From positions 224,001 to 288,000 of the forward strand of contig JBPOGH010000003.1 in assembly GCA_051252135.1 (NCBI GenBank): 64,000 nt of DNA, given 5' to 3'. This stretch comes from Verrucomicrobiaceae bacterium. Lineage in GTDB: Bacteria; Verrucomicrobiota; Verrucomicrobiia; Verrucomicrobiales; Akkermansiaceae. The first letter of the stretch is position 1. Every line of letters begins with the position of its first letter. The notes beneath the pieces are model-generated. The model did no database searches. It was not told where the DNA came from and worked only from the letters and a program-made list of their open reading frames with translations. A program made the position numbers and the translations under genes. Shown piece after piece: positions 47,863 through 57,818 of the stretch.

Positions 47863-50800
47863 ATGTTGATACGACTTTTCCTCTCGGTCCTTGCCTGCAC
47901 TCGCGTTTTTGCAGCGCCCACTATCAACTCCTTTACAATCAGTGATGGCACAACAACATCGGATACCACCCTTGCAGTAGCGCCGAACTCCCTTCTCACT
48001 CTGACATGGGACGTGAGTGATGCTACCAACGTAATCGTTGTTCCCGGTATTGGACCCTCTCCGGCATCCGGTTCCGCCCAGGTGCCCTTTGGCGAAATGG
48101 AACAGCGGTATTTCGTTAATGCCTCTGGCGATGGCTTCGCCAGCAAATCGATTCTGGTTACAGTGGATCCCGATACCGTCGACCCGGTGATTTCCGAATT
48201 CCTCGCCAATCCCGGAAAAGATTCCCTCAAAGACAAGGACGGGAGCACTGAAGACTGGATCGAACTGAGGAACCCCTACCCTTTTGAACTTCCAATCGGG
48301 GGATATTTCCTCAGCGACGATCTCGGTCTTTCCGTCATCTGGATGATTCCCGAGGGCACTTCAATCCCGGCTTCCGGCCAACTTCTTATCTTTGCCTCGG
48401 GAAAAAACCGCGCGGTAGCGGGAGAGGAGCTACACACCCAATTCAAATTGGATTCATCGGGCGACTCGATTTTCCTCGTGGGAAAAGACGGTTCCACCGT
48501 GGTGGATAGCTTCACTTGGATCAATTCCGCAGATCACCCTTCCGGGAAGTCCTACGGTCGGTTCGGAGATCCGTCACTCCAAGGTACTTTTGTCACTCCC
48601 ACACCGGAGACGCCAAATTCCCTCCCGTTTTTTACTCCTCAAAAGGTGACCTTTAATGATGACAGCCGGAGTTTCACCGATTCCCTGACCGTCTCCCTTT
48701 CCACACCCGATCCAGCGCTCAACATCCACTACACCACTGATCGATCGGAGCCGGACTCGGACTCGCCGATCTATAGCGGACCCCTCGATCTAACCTCCTC
48801 CACCATGCTGCGCGCTCGTCTTTTCGATTCGAGTGGATCCACCATCATCGGCGATGTCTCGGCGCGCAACTACCTCAAACTTTCCACCACCGGCATCCCG
48901 TCAGGCTGGGAAGCGGGCGCCGCGACATTGCCGGAATTCACCTCCAACCTACCCATCATTGTCATCGATAACATGGGTGGTAGTTCGTTCAACACCACCG
49001 CCCCCCGGGCCGCGATTATGACGATCCACGAGCCTGTGAATGGGGTGGCCTCTCTCATCAATCCACCGAACGAAAGCACTCGAGCCGGCATTCGTATTCG
49101 TGGCGCAAGCTCGTCGAATTTTGCCAAAAAGCAGTATCGTTTGGAACTGTGGAATCAAGAGGATGGGGATAAAGACAGTAGCCTTCTCGGGCTTCCCTCC
49201 GACTCCGATTTCATTCTTGGAGCACCTTTTGTCGACAAATCATTCATTCGAAACACCCTTACCTACGAGTTGGGAAGGGAACTGGGCCTCGACGCTCCCC
49301 GCACCCGCCACGTGGAGGTCTTCATCAATGAGAATGGCGGACCGTTGGACTACGCCGCGGACTACCGGGGCGTCTACTTCCTTGCCGAGACCAACAAGAT
49401 TTCAAAAGACCGCGTCGATCTCGAGAAACTGAGCGCACAAGACAGCACCGAGCCCGAAATTACCGGAGGCTATCTCCTAAAATGGGAAGGTGGCGCAAAG
49501 GATCCCGCAAAGGTACTCCCACCTTCAAACGGCATGAACTGGAATGGTCTTGAACTCGTAGAACCCGACCCCGCCGATGAAGCCACAGCAGAACAAAGGC
49601 AATGGATTTCCGACTACGTGAGAGACGTGGACAATCGAATTGCAGGGCCTGATTTCGCCGACCCCGTGCTCGGCTATGCACCTGTTCTCGATATCCCTTC
49701 TTACGCGAACCTCTTCGTGATCAACGAACTCACCAGGGACCAGGATGCTTACATGCGCAGCTCCTATTTTTACAAAGACCGGGGCGGAAAACTGAAAATG
49801 GGCCCCCTTTGGGACTACAACCTGACAATGGGAACCGGTTGCTGCCGCAACAACCGAAACACCACCGACACGGGCTCTGATTCCGGCTGGCAGTACATCG
49901 AAAACGACGGAGTCAACGAGGGGCACTGGGAAGTGGAACTCGTCGAGGACCCCGACTTTTGGCAGGCCGTTGTCGACCGATGGCAGCATGTCCGCAAGGG
50001 ACCCCTCGGTGACAGCGCCCTTCATGCCCGCATCGACGGGCAAAGCTCCCCTCTCAGCCAACCGGCCGTTCGTAATTTCAAAAAATGGAACAACCTTGGG
50101 AGCACCAATTTCACCTTCTTCTTTTCACCGGCATCAAGCACTTGGGAAGGGCAGATCGACTTCGTGAAAACATGGACTTCCGAACGCATGGCATGGATCG
50201 ACTCACAGATGACCGCTCCTCCGATAGTCTCCCCTCAAGGCGGATTCGTATCGGCAGGGACCAATGCCACCATTGATGGATCGGCAGGCACAATTTACTA
50301 CACAACCGATGGATCGGACCCACGACTGGCCGGAGGATCCATCAACCCGCAGGCCCGATCCTACGCGGTCGGCGGCACACCCCCGTCCGTTCTCCTTTCT
50401 ACAACAACCACCGTGACCGCACGGTCCCTGATCGGCCAGGACTGGTCGGGACCAGCGACCCAACTCTATGTCATCGGAGACGCCGCGGGTCCGCACAATT
50501 TGGTCATCTCCGAGATTCACTACAACCCTGCCGAACCCTCGACCAACGAAATGAACGCAGGCTTTCTCGACAAGGACGACTTTGAGTTCCTCGAGCTTCA
50601 AAATGTAAGCACTGTTACCATCGACCTCTCCGGCGTGTCCTTCACCCTGGGGCTTCAGTTCACCTTCCCCACTAACTTTGAACTTTCTCCCGGAGAACGG
50701 ACCCTGATTGTCAGAAATCAGGCTGCCGTTCTAATGCGCTACCCTGCCCTTACGGCGTCGGATATCGCCGGGGAATTCCAGGGCTCAACCGGACTTGGAA

Positions 50801-51303
50801 ATAAAAATGACCACCTGATTCTCTCAGCGGCCAATGGCAGCACCATTCGGGATTTTCAATATCAGGACTCCGCACCCTGGCCCACCGCGCCCGATGGCTC
50901 CGGCGTCAGCCTCGTCCTAATCAAACCCGGCACCCTCCCGGACCACGCCGACCCCTTCAATTGGCGCTCCGGCATCACTCTCAACGGCTCCCCGAACGCC
51001 ACCGACGCCACCTCCTTTTCCGGAGGCGACTTCCTCGCTTATGCCTCCGGTGGGTCCGATCCCGCGATCATGCGATTGCCCGATGGCACCCTTTCCCTGC
51101 AGGTGCCGTTGAACCTGTTGGCGGACGACGTCACCGGCATTGTTGAAACGTCACTTGATCTCATAAATTGGACCAATGGCGACGCACTTTTTCTTCGTGA
51201 ATCCCGATCCGAAACGCTGGGAGGGAACGGTGTTCTCTTCCTCAAATCACTGAGTCCTCAGGCCGGAGGAAGCTTGTTCGTACGCTATCGTTACCTCCGG
51301 TAG
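47863..51303 (+). CDS. Secreted CotH kinase-family protein with lamin-tail and FN3-like domains
   Basis: ISEFLA..DWIEL lamin tail; IRGASS..KKQY, GPLWDYN CotH; YTTDGSDP; ISEIHYNP. Confidence 0.87.
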   Translation: MLIRLFLSVLACTRVFAAPTINSFTISDGTTTSDTTLAVAPNSLLTLTWDVSDATNVIVVPGIGPSPASGSAQVPFGEMEQRYFVNASGDGFASKSILVTVDPDTVDPVISEFLANPGKDSLKDKDGSTEDWIELRNPYPFELPIGGYFLSDDLGLSVIWMIPEGTSIPASGQLLIFASGKNRAVAGEELHTQFKLDSSGDSIFLVGKDGSTVVDSFTWINSADHPSGKSYGRFGDPSLQGTFVTPTPETPNSLPFFTPQKVTFNDDSRSFTDSLTVSLSTPDPALNIHYTTDRSEPDSDSPIYSGPLDLTSSTMLRARLFDSSGSTIIGDVSARNYLKLSTTGIPSGWEAGAATLPEFTSNLPIIVIDNMGGSSFNTTAPRAAIMTIHEPVNGVASLINPPNESTRAGIRIRGASSSNFAKKQYRLELWNQEDGDKDSSLLGLPSDSDFILGAPFVDKSFIRNTLTYELGRELGLDAPRTRHVEVFINENGGPLDYAADYRGVYFLAETNKISKDRVDLEKLSAQDSTEPEITGGYLLKWEGGAKDPAKVLPPSNGMNWNGLELVEPDPADEATAEQRQWISDYVRDVDNRIAGPDFADPVLGYAPVLDIPSYANLFVINELTRDQDAYMRSSYFYKDRGGKLKMGPLWDYNLTMGTGCCRNNRNTTDTGSDSGWQYIENDGVNEGHWEVELVEDPDFWQAVVDRWQHVRKGPLGDSALHARIDGQSSPLSQPAVRNFKKWNNLGSTNFTFFFSPASSTWEGQIDFVKTWTSERMAWIDSQMTAPPIVSPQGGFVSAGTNATIDGSAGTIYYTTDGSDPRLAGGSINPQARSYAVGGTPPSVLLSTTTTVTARSLIGQDWSGPATQLYVIGDAAGPHNLVISEIHYNPAEPSTNEMNAGFLDKDDFEFLELQNVSTVTIDLSGVSFTLGLQFTFPTNFELSPGERTLIVRNQAAVLMRYPALTASDIAGEFQGSTGLGNKNDHLILSAANGSTIRDFQYQDSAPWPTAPDGSGVSLVLIKPGTLPDHADPFNWRSGITLNGSPNATDATSFSGGDFLAYASGGSDPAIMRLPDGTLSLQVPLNLLADDVTGIVETSLDLINWTNGDALFLRESRSETLGGNGVLFLKSLSPQAGGSLFVRYRYLR

Positions 51304-51311
51304 AAGTTGCT

Positions 51312-52676
51312 TCAATCAGCGATCTCCACCTTGAGTCGGTAAAATGAAGGTGCCGCTGCGGGACTTGCCAACGTCAAAACCCGGGTGCGCCATCCGTTCA
51401 CGGCATCCGGGTTGTTCGACTGCTCCGATGTGCCGATGACCGGAATCCAATTCTCAAGGTCATTGCTTTGCTGGATGACTCCAGTCAGCTCCCTCCCTCC
51501 AAGATCAAGTGACTCCTTCAACGTAAATCGCACCGCACCGGAAGCCAGTAATTCCACTTCAAGCGGGCTCTCCTTCTGGCCGGCATCTCCCGCATCGGAC
51601 TCGGAAAAGTATTCCAACAGATTGATCATCCCGTCCCCATCGGCATCATCAAGGGGAGAGGTCATCGTCGTCACACCCCTGTCTTCGAGCCAAGCCTCCA
51701 TCCTTTCTGTCGGGCTGAGCGCGGCCACTGTGATCGCATCCTGAATCAGACTGTTGATCTCGCTCACATGTCCACTGATTCGGCTACCGTAGCTATGGGT
51801 ACTGTCATAAAACCGGATGTCACTGGGATTCGTTTCATAACTGGACGGGAAGACATACTGCGCCGGGCTGGTTGGGATGAGATTCCACCCCCCGCTGTCC
51901 GAACCATAATAAAATCCCCGGGCTTCCGTGAAAGCCGCCCGAAAAAACGAACCGTCGCCGTTCACATTGTTCGTGTCATGATTGGCATCCACCGAATAGT
52001 TGATCGCGGCCAACTTCCAGGTCGCACCATCCTTGATAAACCAGCCGCCACCGGAATCATTCCCCGCCGCCTGACACTCGAAAGCCCCCCCGTCATCGTC
52101 AAACGCACAATAGATCAGCGGGTCTCCCATCGATGTCGTCATAGTCGCGAGCACCTCGTTGACCCCCCAGCGGTCGAACTCGGTTTCCGGAGCACCCCAT
52201 TTCCAACCGACCGTCTGGGAGTTTCGTGTGATGGTGTCCCCGCGCCCCCTTCCCTTACCGGTCAGGACAAACTCTTTCCCCACTTCGTTGGAACCGGTGT
52301 AGAGCGGAATGAAATCCTCAAAGGTTTCCCAAATCTCAAACACCGCAAGATCGCTCGTCCCAATTCTCGTATACGCACCCCCATTCTTGAGGGTAAACGT
52401 CTTCTCTCCCACCCCGTTGAAATGCACCGGTTGGCTCACCGCCCCATGCTGCCCCAGGTGCTCCGCCGTGATGAAATGCTTCGGCGAAATCATCGTCCCC
52501 TGGAAATTCTTATACCGGAGCTGATACTGCCACCCGCTGTTGGCATAGGCTCCCGTCGGAGCGGTCTCCTTGTTCGCCGGAGGATCGGCATCGTTTAGAA
52601 AAATGATCGCCGCCGCCGGATGAAACATCAACGCGAAGAAGGAAAAAAACCGGGAAACCATCTCCAAATAATACAC
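51312..52676 (-). CDS. Secreted trypsin-like serine protease with C-terminal module
   Basis: FITAEH, SDLAV and GNDSGGG catalytic triad; DADGDGMINLLEY; ends FYRLKVEIAD. Confidence 0.75.
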   Translation of the reverse strand: MYYLEMVSRFFSFFALMFHPAAAIIFLNDADPPANKETAPTGAYANSGWQYQLRYKNFQGTMISPKHFITAEHLGQHGAVSQPVHFNGVGEKTFTLKNGGAYTRIGTSDLAVFEIWETFEDFIPLYTGSNEVGKEFVLTGKGRGRGDTITRNSQTVGWKWGAPETEFDRWGVNEVLATMTTSMGDPLIYCAFDDDGGAFECQAAGNDSGGGWFIKDGATWKLAAINYSVDANHDTNNVNGDGSFFRAAFTEARGFYYGSDSGGWNLIPTSPAQYVFPSSYETNPSDIRFYDSTHSYGSRISGHVSEINSLIQDAITVAALSPTERMEAWLEDRGVTTMTSPLDDADGDGMINLLEYFSESDAGDAGQKESPLEVELLASGAVRFTLKESLDLGGRELTGVIQQSNDLENWIPVIGTSEQSNNPDAVNGWRTRVLTLASPAAAPSFYRLKVEIAD

Positions 52677-54031
52677 TAATCCAGCACCACCGCCTTAAGG
52701 AAATTCACCATCACCTCCTTGGGATTCCCCACCGGATTGTTCACCATTAAAGCAAAGGAATACCGCGCCCCCGACTTCCTGGTCAAGTAACCCGTGTAGG
52801 TCCGCACCCCGGTCATCCCCCCGGATTTCGCCCGCACCCGCCCCTCCAGCACACTCCCCTGCCCAAAAGAAACCATCGTCCCGCTCCTGCCTGCCATTGG
52901 CAGCGATTTTTCAAAAACCTCCCCCGATTCATGACCCCGCGCCTTTTTGAGGATCAGCGCCAGTTGTCGGGGCGTAATGATGTTTCGCGGGGAAAGTCCC
53001 GAGCCATCATGCAGGACACACCCTGTAAGATCCACCCCCTGCCCTTCCCAGTGCCCGCGCACCAGAGTCAGCGCCTCCTCGGCCCGCCCCTCCTCGTCGA
53101 GAATTTTCAGCAGACAATCAGCATACAAATTCACACTCCGGTGATTCGTTCCGCGGACAATCTTTTCCAATGTCGGACTCTCCTGCTTGTAAATTTCATC
53201 CCCTGCTCCCCGACCAAGACGGACCTTTCCCGCAACCGGCACGCCCTGCTTTCTCAAATAATCCCGAAAAAGCTCCCCGCACATCAACGGAGGATTGGGC
53301 AACGAACCCCGGATCGTAAACAATTCGCCCTCAGGCACTGTTCCTCGCATCGAGATCACTTCCGCGCGCGGACCACCATAAACATATCCCTGATCCCCCG
53401 ACCCCTCTGGCCCCGTCAGCATCCGGTTCTCAAATCGAACCCCCGGCGGAGTTGGATCCGTCCGGACCAGTCTCGCCGGGTGACCTGCCTCCCCCGGTTG
53501 AAACGTCAGAGCATAGGAATTGAGGTGAAAATTGAGACCCCACGCACCCGAACCATAATAATTCCCAACGTCCCCCCAGGGCCAGGCATTCGGCACAATC
53601 CGATCCTCAAATCGACCCGCATCCATTACCAAATCACCTTCAATCGCTTCGACCCCCGCCCTCTTCAACGCCTCCGTCCACGCCTCAAACTCCGCATCCG
53701 GCGAAGTGCTCGCCAACGTCGGATCCCCGCCCCCCTTCACCACCAGATCATCCCCATCTCTCAAGAGCCGTGTTTCAAAACGATAATCCTTCCCCAGCAC
53801 CTGAAGCGCGGTCGCGGTCGTCACCGCCTTCAAAGCAGACGCCGGAATGAGCCCCAAATCCGCCTGATGCGCCAATTCCGGCACATCTGCTCCCTCCAGC
53901 GGAATCAGACAAAACCCCACCGATGCCGTCTTAAGAACGGGCGCTGCAAGCAACTGACTCACAGCATCCTCGCCTCCCCACCCGACACCGGCACTCAACC
54001 CAATCCCTACAAACATTCCTAACGCCCTCAT
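52676..54031 (-). CDS. dacB: D-alanyl-D-alanine carboxypeptidase/endopeptidase (PBP4, peptidase S13)
   Basis: PASALK (SxxK), GGGDPTL, SVN (SxN), DGSGLS, KSG. Confidence 0.92.
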   Translation of the reverse strand: MRALGMFVGIGLSAGVGWGGEDAVSQLLAAPVLKTASVGFCLIPLEGADVPELAHQADLGLIPASALKAVTTATALQVLGKDYRFETRLLRDGDDLVVKGGGDPTLASTSPDAEFEAWTEALKRAGVEAIEGDLVMDAGRFEDRIVPNAWPWGDVGNYYGSGAWGLNFHLNSYALTFQPGEAGHPARLVRTDPTPPGVRFENRMLTGPEGSGDQGYVYGGPRAEVISMRGTVPEGELFTIRGSLPNPPLMCGELFRDYLRKQGVPVAGKVRLGRGAGDEIYKQESPTLEKIVRGTNHRSVNLYADCLLKILDEEGRAEEALTLVRGHWEGQGVDLTGCVLHDGSGLSPRNIITPRQLALILKKARGHESGEVFEKSLPMAGRSGTMVSFGQGSVLEGRVRAKSGGMTGVRTYTGYLTRKSGARYSFALMVNNPVGNPKEVMVNFLKAVVLD

Positions 54032-54133
54032 TTGCCGGATTTCTACGCCAATCTTCTCTCCTTGACCATCGGTCTTTAGCCTTGCGAACGCCTGTTTAAT
54101 TTGGAATAGTTAAATATCATATTTGCTTTAACA

Positions 54134-55876
54134 ATGCGGTTATTACCCATCAAAGCCCTCTGTGGCCTCCTCCTCGCCACCGGAATCCTCCTCGCTGATG
54201 AACCCGCCGAGCTTGAAAAACTGCGTGCTGACCGCACACGCCTCATCGACCTCGTCCTCAAACTTGAAGCCGACTTTTCCACCACCATCAAGGAGTATGG
54301 CGCACTCCAGACCGACTACGCCAAACTGCTTCAAAAGCCCCAAGCTCCCGATCAGCGGGGCGAGGTCGCAGGACTCCGCAAGGAACTCAGCGAAGCAGCC
54401 CGCAAGATCCGGCAAATGAAGCGCCTCGAAGACCGGAACGAAGCATCCACCAAGGAAATCGCCCGGCTAAAGGAAACTCTCACCACAGACCTCGCCAACC
54501 TCCGTAAAGAACTCGTCCGGGAGCGCCAAACCCTCGCCTACACCCGCAACCAGCTCGACGAACTCCGCACCATCCAAATCGAGACCCGAAAAGTCGAAGA
54601 CATGCTCCGGCTCGAAACCATCAAGCGCGCCGACCTTCAGGACTCCCTCCAAACCCTCCGGGGAGAGCGCGATGCCCTCGTCCTCCGACTCGAGGAAAAC
54701 ATGAGTCGGCTCGCGGAATCCGATGCCGCCCGCAAGAAAGCCGAAGGCCGCGTCGCCGAACTCGAAAAAGCCTCCGCCACTCTCCGCGAGACCATCGCCG
54801 CCAACGAGACCGAAATCACTGCACTCCGCAAAAAAGCCTCTGAAACCGACCGTCACCGCATGACCATCGCCCGGCTAGAAGGAGACAAAAAAACTCTCTC
54901 TGCCGATCTCGACCGCCACCGGATGGAAATCGCCACCCTCAAAAAGGACCTGGCAGGAAAACAAGACCTCAAAAAATCCTTCGACCAGCTCTCCCTCGAC
55001 ATGGCCGCCTCCAACAAGCGCCTTGCCCAACAGGACAGCGCGGTTAAAAAACTCACCGCTGATCTCGTTACCTCCACCAAGTTAAACAGCGAAATCACCA
55101 CCCTGAGGACAAAGGAAAAAGAAGCCCTCACCAAACAACTCGCCCTGCAGGAAAAGGAAGACCAGGCCTTCCGGGCCGAGACCGCCAAACGACTCGCCGA
55201 GATGTCCAACAAAGCCCAAGCCGAGGTCGCCAAACTTCAGAAAAAACAGGAAGAATTGGCCCGCGAAGCCACTCTCAAGGTGGCCGCCCTCGAGAAGGAC
55301 AAAACCAAACTCCAAAACGAACTCGCAAAACGGGAGACCGAACTCGCCAAGGCCAAAGCAAACGCCGTCGACCCGGTCAAAATGAACGCCGCTGTCGCTG
55401 AGCTGGAAAAAGAAAAAGCCGCTCTCGCCGACCAAGTCGCCAAGCGCGAGGCCGACCTCAAAGACACCCGCCGCGAGCTCGGAAAACTCCAGCTCAAGAC
55501 CGAGGCCACCGAAAAACAACTCCACGCCCTCAAAGTCCGCTTCGCCCGCATCGAGCCCGTCCGCTACGCCCTCGGCGCCGCCGACGTCAAAGACCAACAG
55601 GAGCGCGTCCTGCGCGACGTCAAAGAAGTCCTCGCCATGTTCCCCAGCGCCCGCTTCGAAATCGTCGGCCACACCTGTGATCTCGGCTCACAAGAAAGCA
55701 ACCTCAAGCTCAGCCGGGAACGCGCCGCCTCCCTCCTCTCCTACCTCGGGGAAAACGGCATCTCCCCCGAACTTCTCAAAGCCCGTGGCATCGCCGACGC
55801 CGAACCCCTCGTCCCCAACACCAACGAGGCCAACCGCCGCCGCAATCGCCGCGTCGAGATCCACATCCTCGACTAA
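54134..55876 (+). CDS. Long coiled-coil protein with C-terminal OmpA-like domain
   Basis: Signal peptide; about 440 aa of E/K/L/A heptad-rich sequence; GHTCD, LSRERA, NRRVEI. Confidence 0.85.
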   Translation: MRLLPIKALCGLLLATGILLADEPAELEKLRADRTRLIDLVLKLEADFSTTIKEYGALQTDYAKLLQKPQAPDQRGEVAGLRKELSEAARKIRQMKRLEDRNEASTKEIARLKETLTTDLANLRKELVRERQTLAYTRNQLDELRTIQIETRKVEDMLRLETIKRADLQDSLQTLRGERDALVLRLEENMSRLAESDAARKKAEGRVAELEKASATLRETIAANETEITALRKKASETDRHRMTIARLEGDKKTLSADLDRHRMEIATLKKDLAGKQDLKKSFDQLSLDMAASNKRLAQQDSAVKKLTADLVTSTKLNSEITTLRTKEKEALTKQLALQEKEDQAFRAETAKRLAEMSNKAQAEVAKLQKKQEELAREATLKVAALEKDKTKLQNELAKRETELAKAKANAVDPVKMNAAVAELEKEKAALADQVAKREADLKDTRRELGKLQLKTEATEKQLHALKVRFARIEPVRYALGAADVKDQQERVLRDVKEVLAMFPSARFEIVGHTCDLGSQESNLKLSRERAASLLSYLGENGISPELLKARGIADAEPLVPNTNEANRRRNRRVEIHILD

Positions 55877-55896
55877 ATCCGGGCCATCAGCACGGG

Positions 55897-56385
55897 CTAC
55901 CCGCTGATCTTTCTTAAGAACGCCCCCACCCCGTCCTCGCCCTCTCCCGGTGCCCACGCCGCAAACTCCTTGTCCGCCGTCGGATCATAAGGCCCCTGCT
56001 TGCACTCAAAGACCACTGTATCCTCCTCCCGCACAATCATCCCGTGCCAAACACCCGGTTCAATATCAATCATCCGGACCCCCTCCTCGCTCAGCAGCCA
56101 GCGATTGAGAATCTCGCCCTCAGGCGAAAACTCCAACACCTCCAGGCGCCCCCGTAACAAACACACCGACTCACTCGCATGCGGCATCGAATGCCGGTGC
56201 GGCTGAATATACGTCCCCGGCTGCATAAAGTTCGCCATCCGCTGCACCCGCGCATCCTGACTCCGGTGCACCGGCAGAATCATCCGCTTCCTCGGACTCG
56301 TCCGTGACGCCTCCAACCCCTCCTCCATCGCCGCCGCATCCAGCGTCACCACGCCTCCCGTCATATTTTCCAAGGCCGCACTCAT
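55897..56385 (-). CDS. WbuC-family cupin metalloprotein
   Basis: SPRKR..H, QRM.N..QPGTYIQPHRH, WH, ECKQGPY, FAAWAP; start at MSAALEN. Confidence 0.85.
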   Translation of the reverse strand: MSAALENMTGGVVTLDAAAMEEGLEASRTSPRKRMILPVHRSQDARVQRMANFMQPGTYIQPHRHSMPHASESVCLLRGRLEVLEFSPEGEILNRWLLSEEGVRMIDIEPGVWHGMIVREEDTVVFECKQGPYDPTADKEFAAWAPGEGEDGVGAFLRKISG

Positions 56386-56448
56386 GCCCCCCTCGTACGA
56401 AACCCCATCCCCAATTCCAATCCGGAAAAGTCGCCCCACCTTCCCATC

Positions 56449-56592
56449 ATACCCGCCATCCGATTGCTCATCCTCCTCCTGCTCACCTCCCTCGCCCATG
56501 CCTCCCGGTCCAATATCGTCGTCATCATGGCCGACGACCTCCGCTAGGGCCACTGGGAGTGCACCTCCCTCAAAAACAACTCCAACCCGTAA
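56449..56592 (+). pseudogene. Decayed 5' remnant of a sulfatase gene
   Basis: Translates IPAIRLLILLLLTSLAHASRSNIVVIMADDLR*GHWECTSLKNNSNP*: signal peptide plus the NIVVIMADDL sulfatase signature with an internal TAG. Confidence 0.7.
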
Positions 56593-56616
56593 AGCCCAAT
56601 AAAGTCGTCCTCAAAT

Positions 56617-57807
56617 TCAAACCCTAAGCGGCGCAAACTCCACCCGCTCCACTTCCTTCCCATCGAGATTTTTCACCGTCAACGTCAACGCCCCCTCATC
56701 CGCCGCGCCCTCAATCCACGTCGCCTGCTCCGGCTTCGGACCTCCGCCCACCAATTGCGCATAAGGAAAATCACCATTGCCTGGCAAAAAAGCAGTCTCA
56801 TGCATGTGCCCTGAAATCACCACCTGCGCCCCCCATTCCACCAACGCCTCATGCCACTCATCGCGGCTCATCTTGCTGTAGGAATCGTAATTTCCATTCC
56901 CGTAATCCTCTCGCGCAATCACCCGCTCCTTCTTCCACCGCAGCGGGATGTGACAAAAGACCACCCGATACGGCGCATCCCGAAACTCCGGCTGCGCAGT
57001 CACCTCCTTAAGCCATTCCGCCTGCTCCTTGCGCAGCGTCTCAAAAGCCACCCGTCCCCCAAAGCTTGGATGATCATCCGGCTTATCCTCCCCCGTGTGC
57101 AGACACACCACCGCCACCGGACCATTCCGAAAGGCGTAAAATGGCCGCCCGTTCGGCGTCGCGATCATCTCGGGCATCCGGTAAGCCCACTTTCCCCGCA
57201 CATCGTGATTCCCCCACACCACCATCAACGGCCGACCCTCACTCACATCCTGACCCGCCGGGCTCAACAAGGTCGGCACCAACCACCCCTCCTTGTGCCA
57301 GTCATTGCAAAGGTCCCCGTTCCACAAAAGAAAATCAGCCTTCGGTGTCCCCGCGTGGAGCCGCTTCAGCGTCTCCTCATTCTGATGCGTGTCATTCCAC
57401 ACCACAAACGCGCTCTTCGCCGCGCCCGAATCCAAAGTACGAAAACTCCTCCACTCACTCACCACCGCCCCCTTCCCATCCGATGACACCGTGTGCCCAC
57501 GCACCTCATAACGCGCACCCCCTCGCAACCCCTCAAGACGCACCCGCACCACCTCATCACCCTGCGGCACCAGACCATGGGCATCCATCGAGACCTTCTC
57601 AATCTTCCCGCCCTCGTCCTTCACCTCCACCCAGGCCCTGCACAATCCCCCCACCGCCCAAACAATCTCCACCCCATCGTCCCGGGGCGCCATCACCACC
57701 ATCGGACTCATTACCAACTCCAATCCCTCGTCAGACTGCGCTCCCAACCTCGAACTCACCGCCACCGTGCCACCGGAGACAGCTCCTAAAAATCCCCGTC
57801 GCTTCAT
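56617..57807 (-). CDS. Tat-exported metallophosphoesterase with FN3-like domain
   Basis: MKRRGFL; DTH, GD, GNHD, HIP, GHMH. Confidence 0.88.
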   Translation of the reverse strand: MKRRGFLGAVSGGTVAVSSRLGAQSDEGLELVMSPMVVMAPRDDGVEIVWAVGGLCRAWVEVKDEGGKIEKVSMDAHGLVPQGDEVVRVRLEGLRGGARYEVRGHTVSSDGKGAVVSEWRSFRTLDSGAAKSAFVVWNDTHQNEETLKRLHAGTPKADFLLWNGDLCNDWHKEGWLVPTLLSPAGQDVSEGRPLMVVWGNHDVRGKWAYRMPEMIATPNGRPFYAFRNGPVAVVCLHTGEDKPDDHPSFGGRVAFETLRKEQAEWLKEVTAQPEFRDAPYRVVFCHIPLRWKKERVIAREDYGNGNYDSYSKMSRDEWHEALVEWGAQVVISGHMHETAFLPGNGDFPYAQLVGGGPKPEQATWIEGAADEGALTLTVKNLDGKEVERVEFAPLRV

Positions 57808-57818
57808 TCTCTGATCTT

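Noticed and set aside
56386..56553. N-terminal extension of the WbuC ORF
   Set aside because: It is the antisense of the sulfatase remnant; the cupin starts at about 56385.
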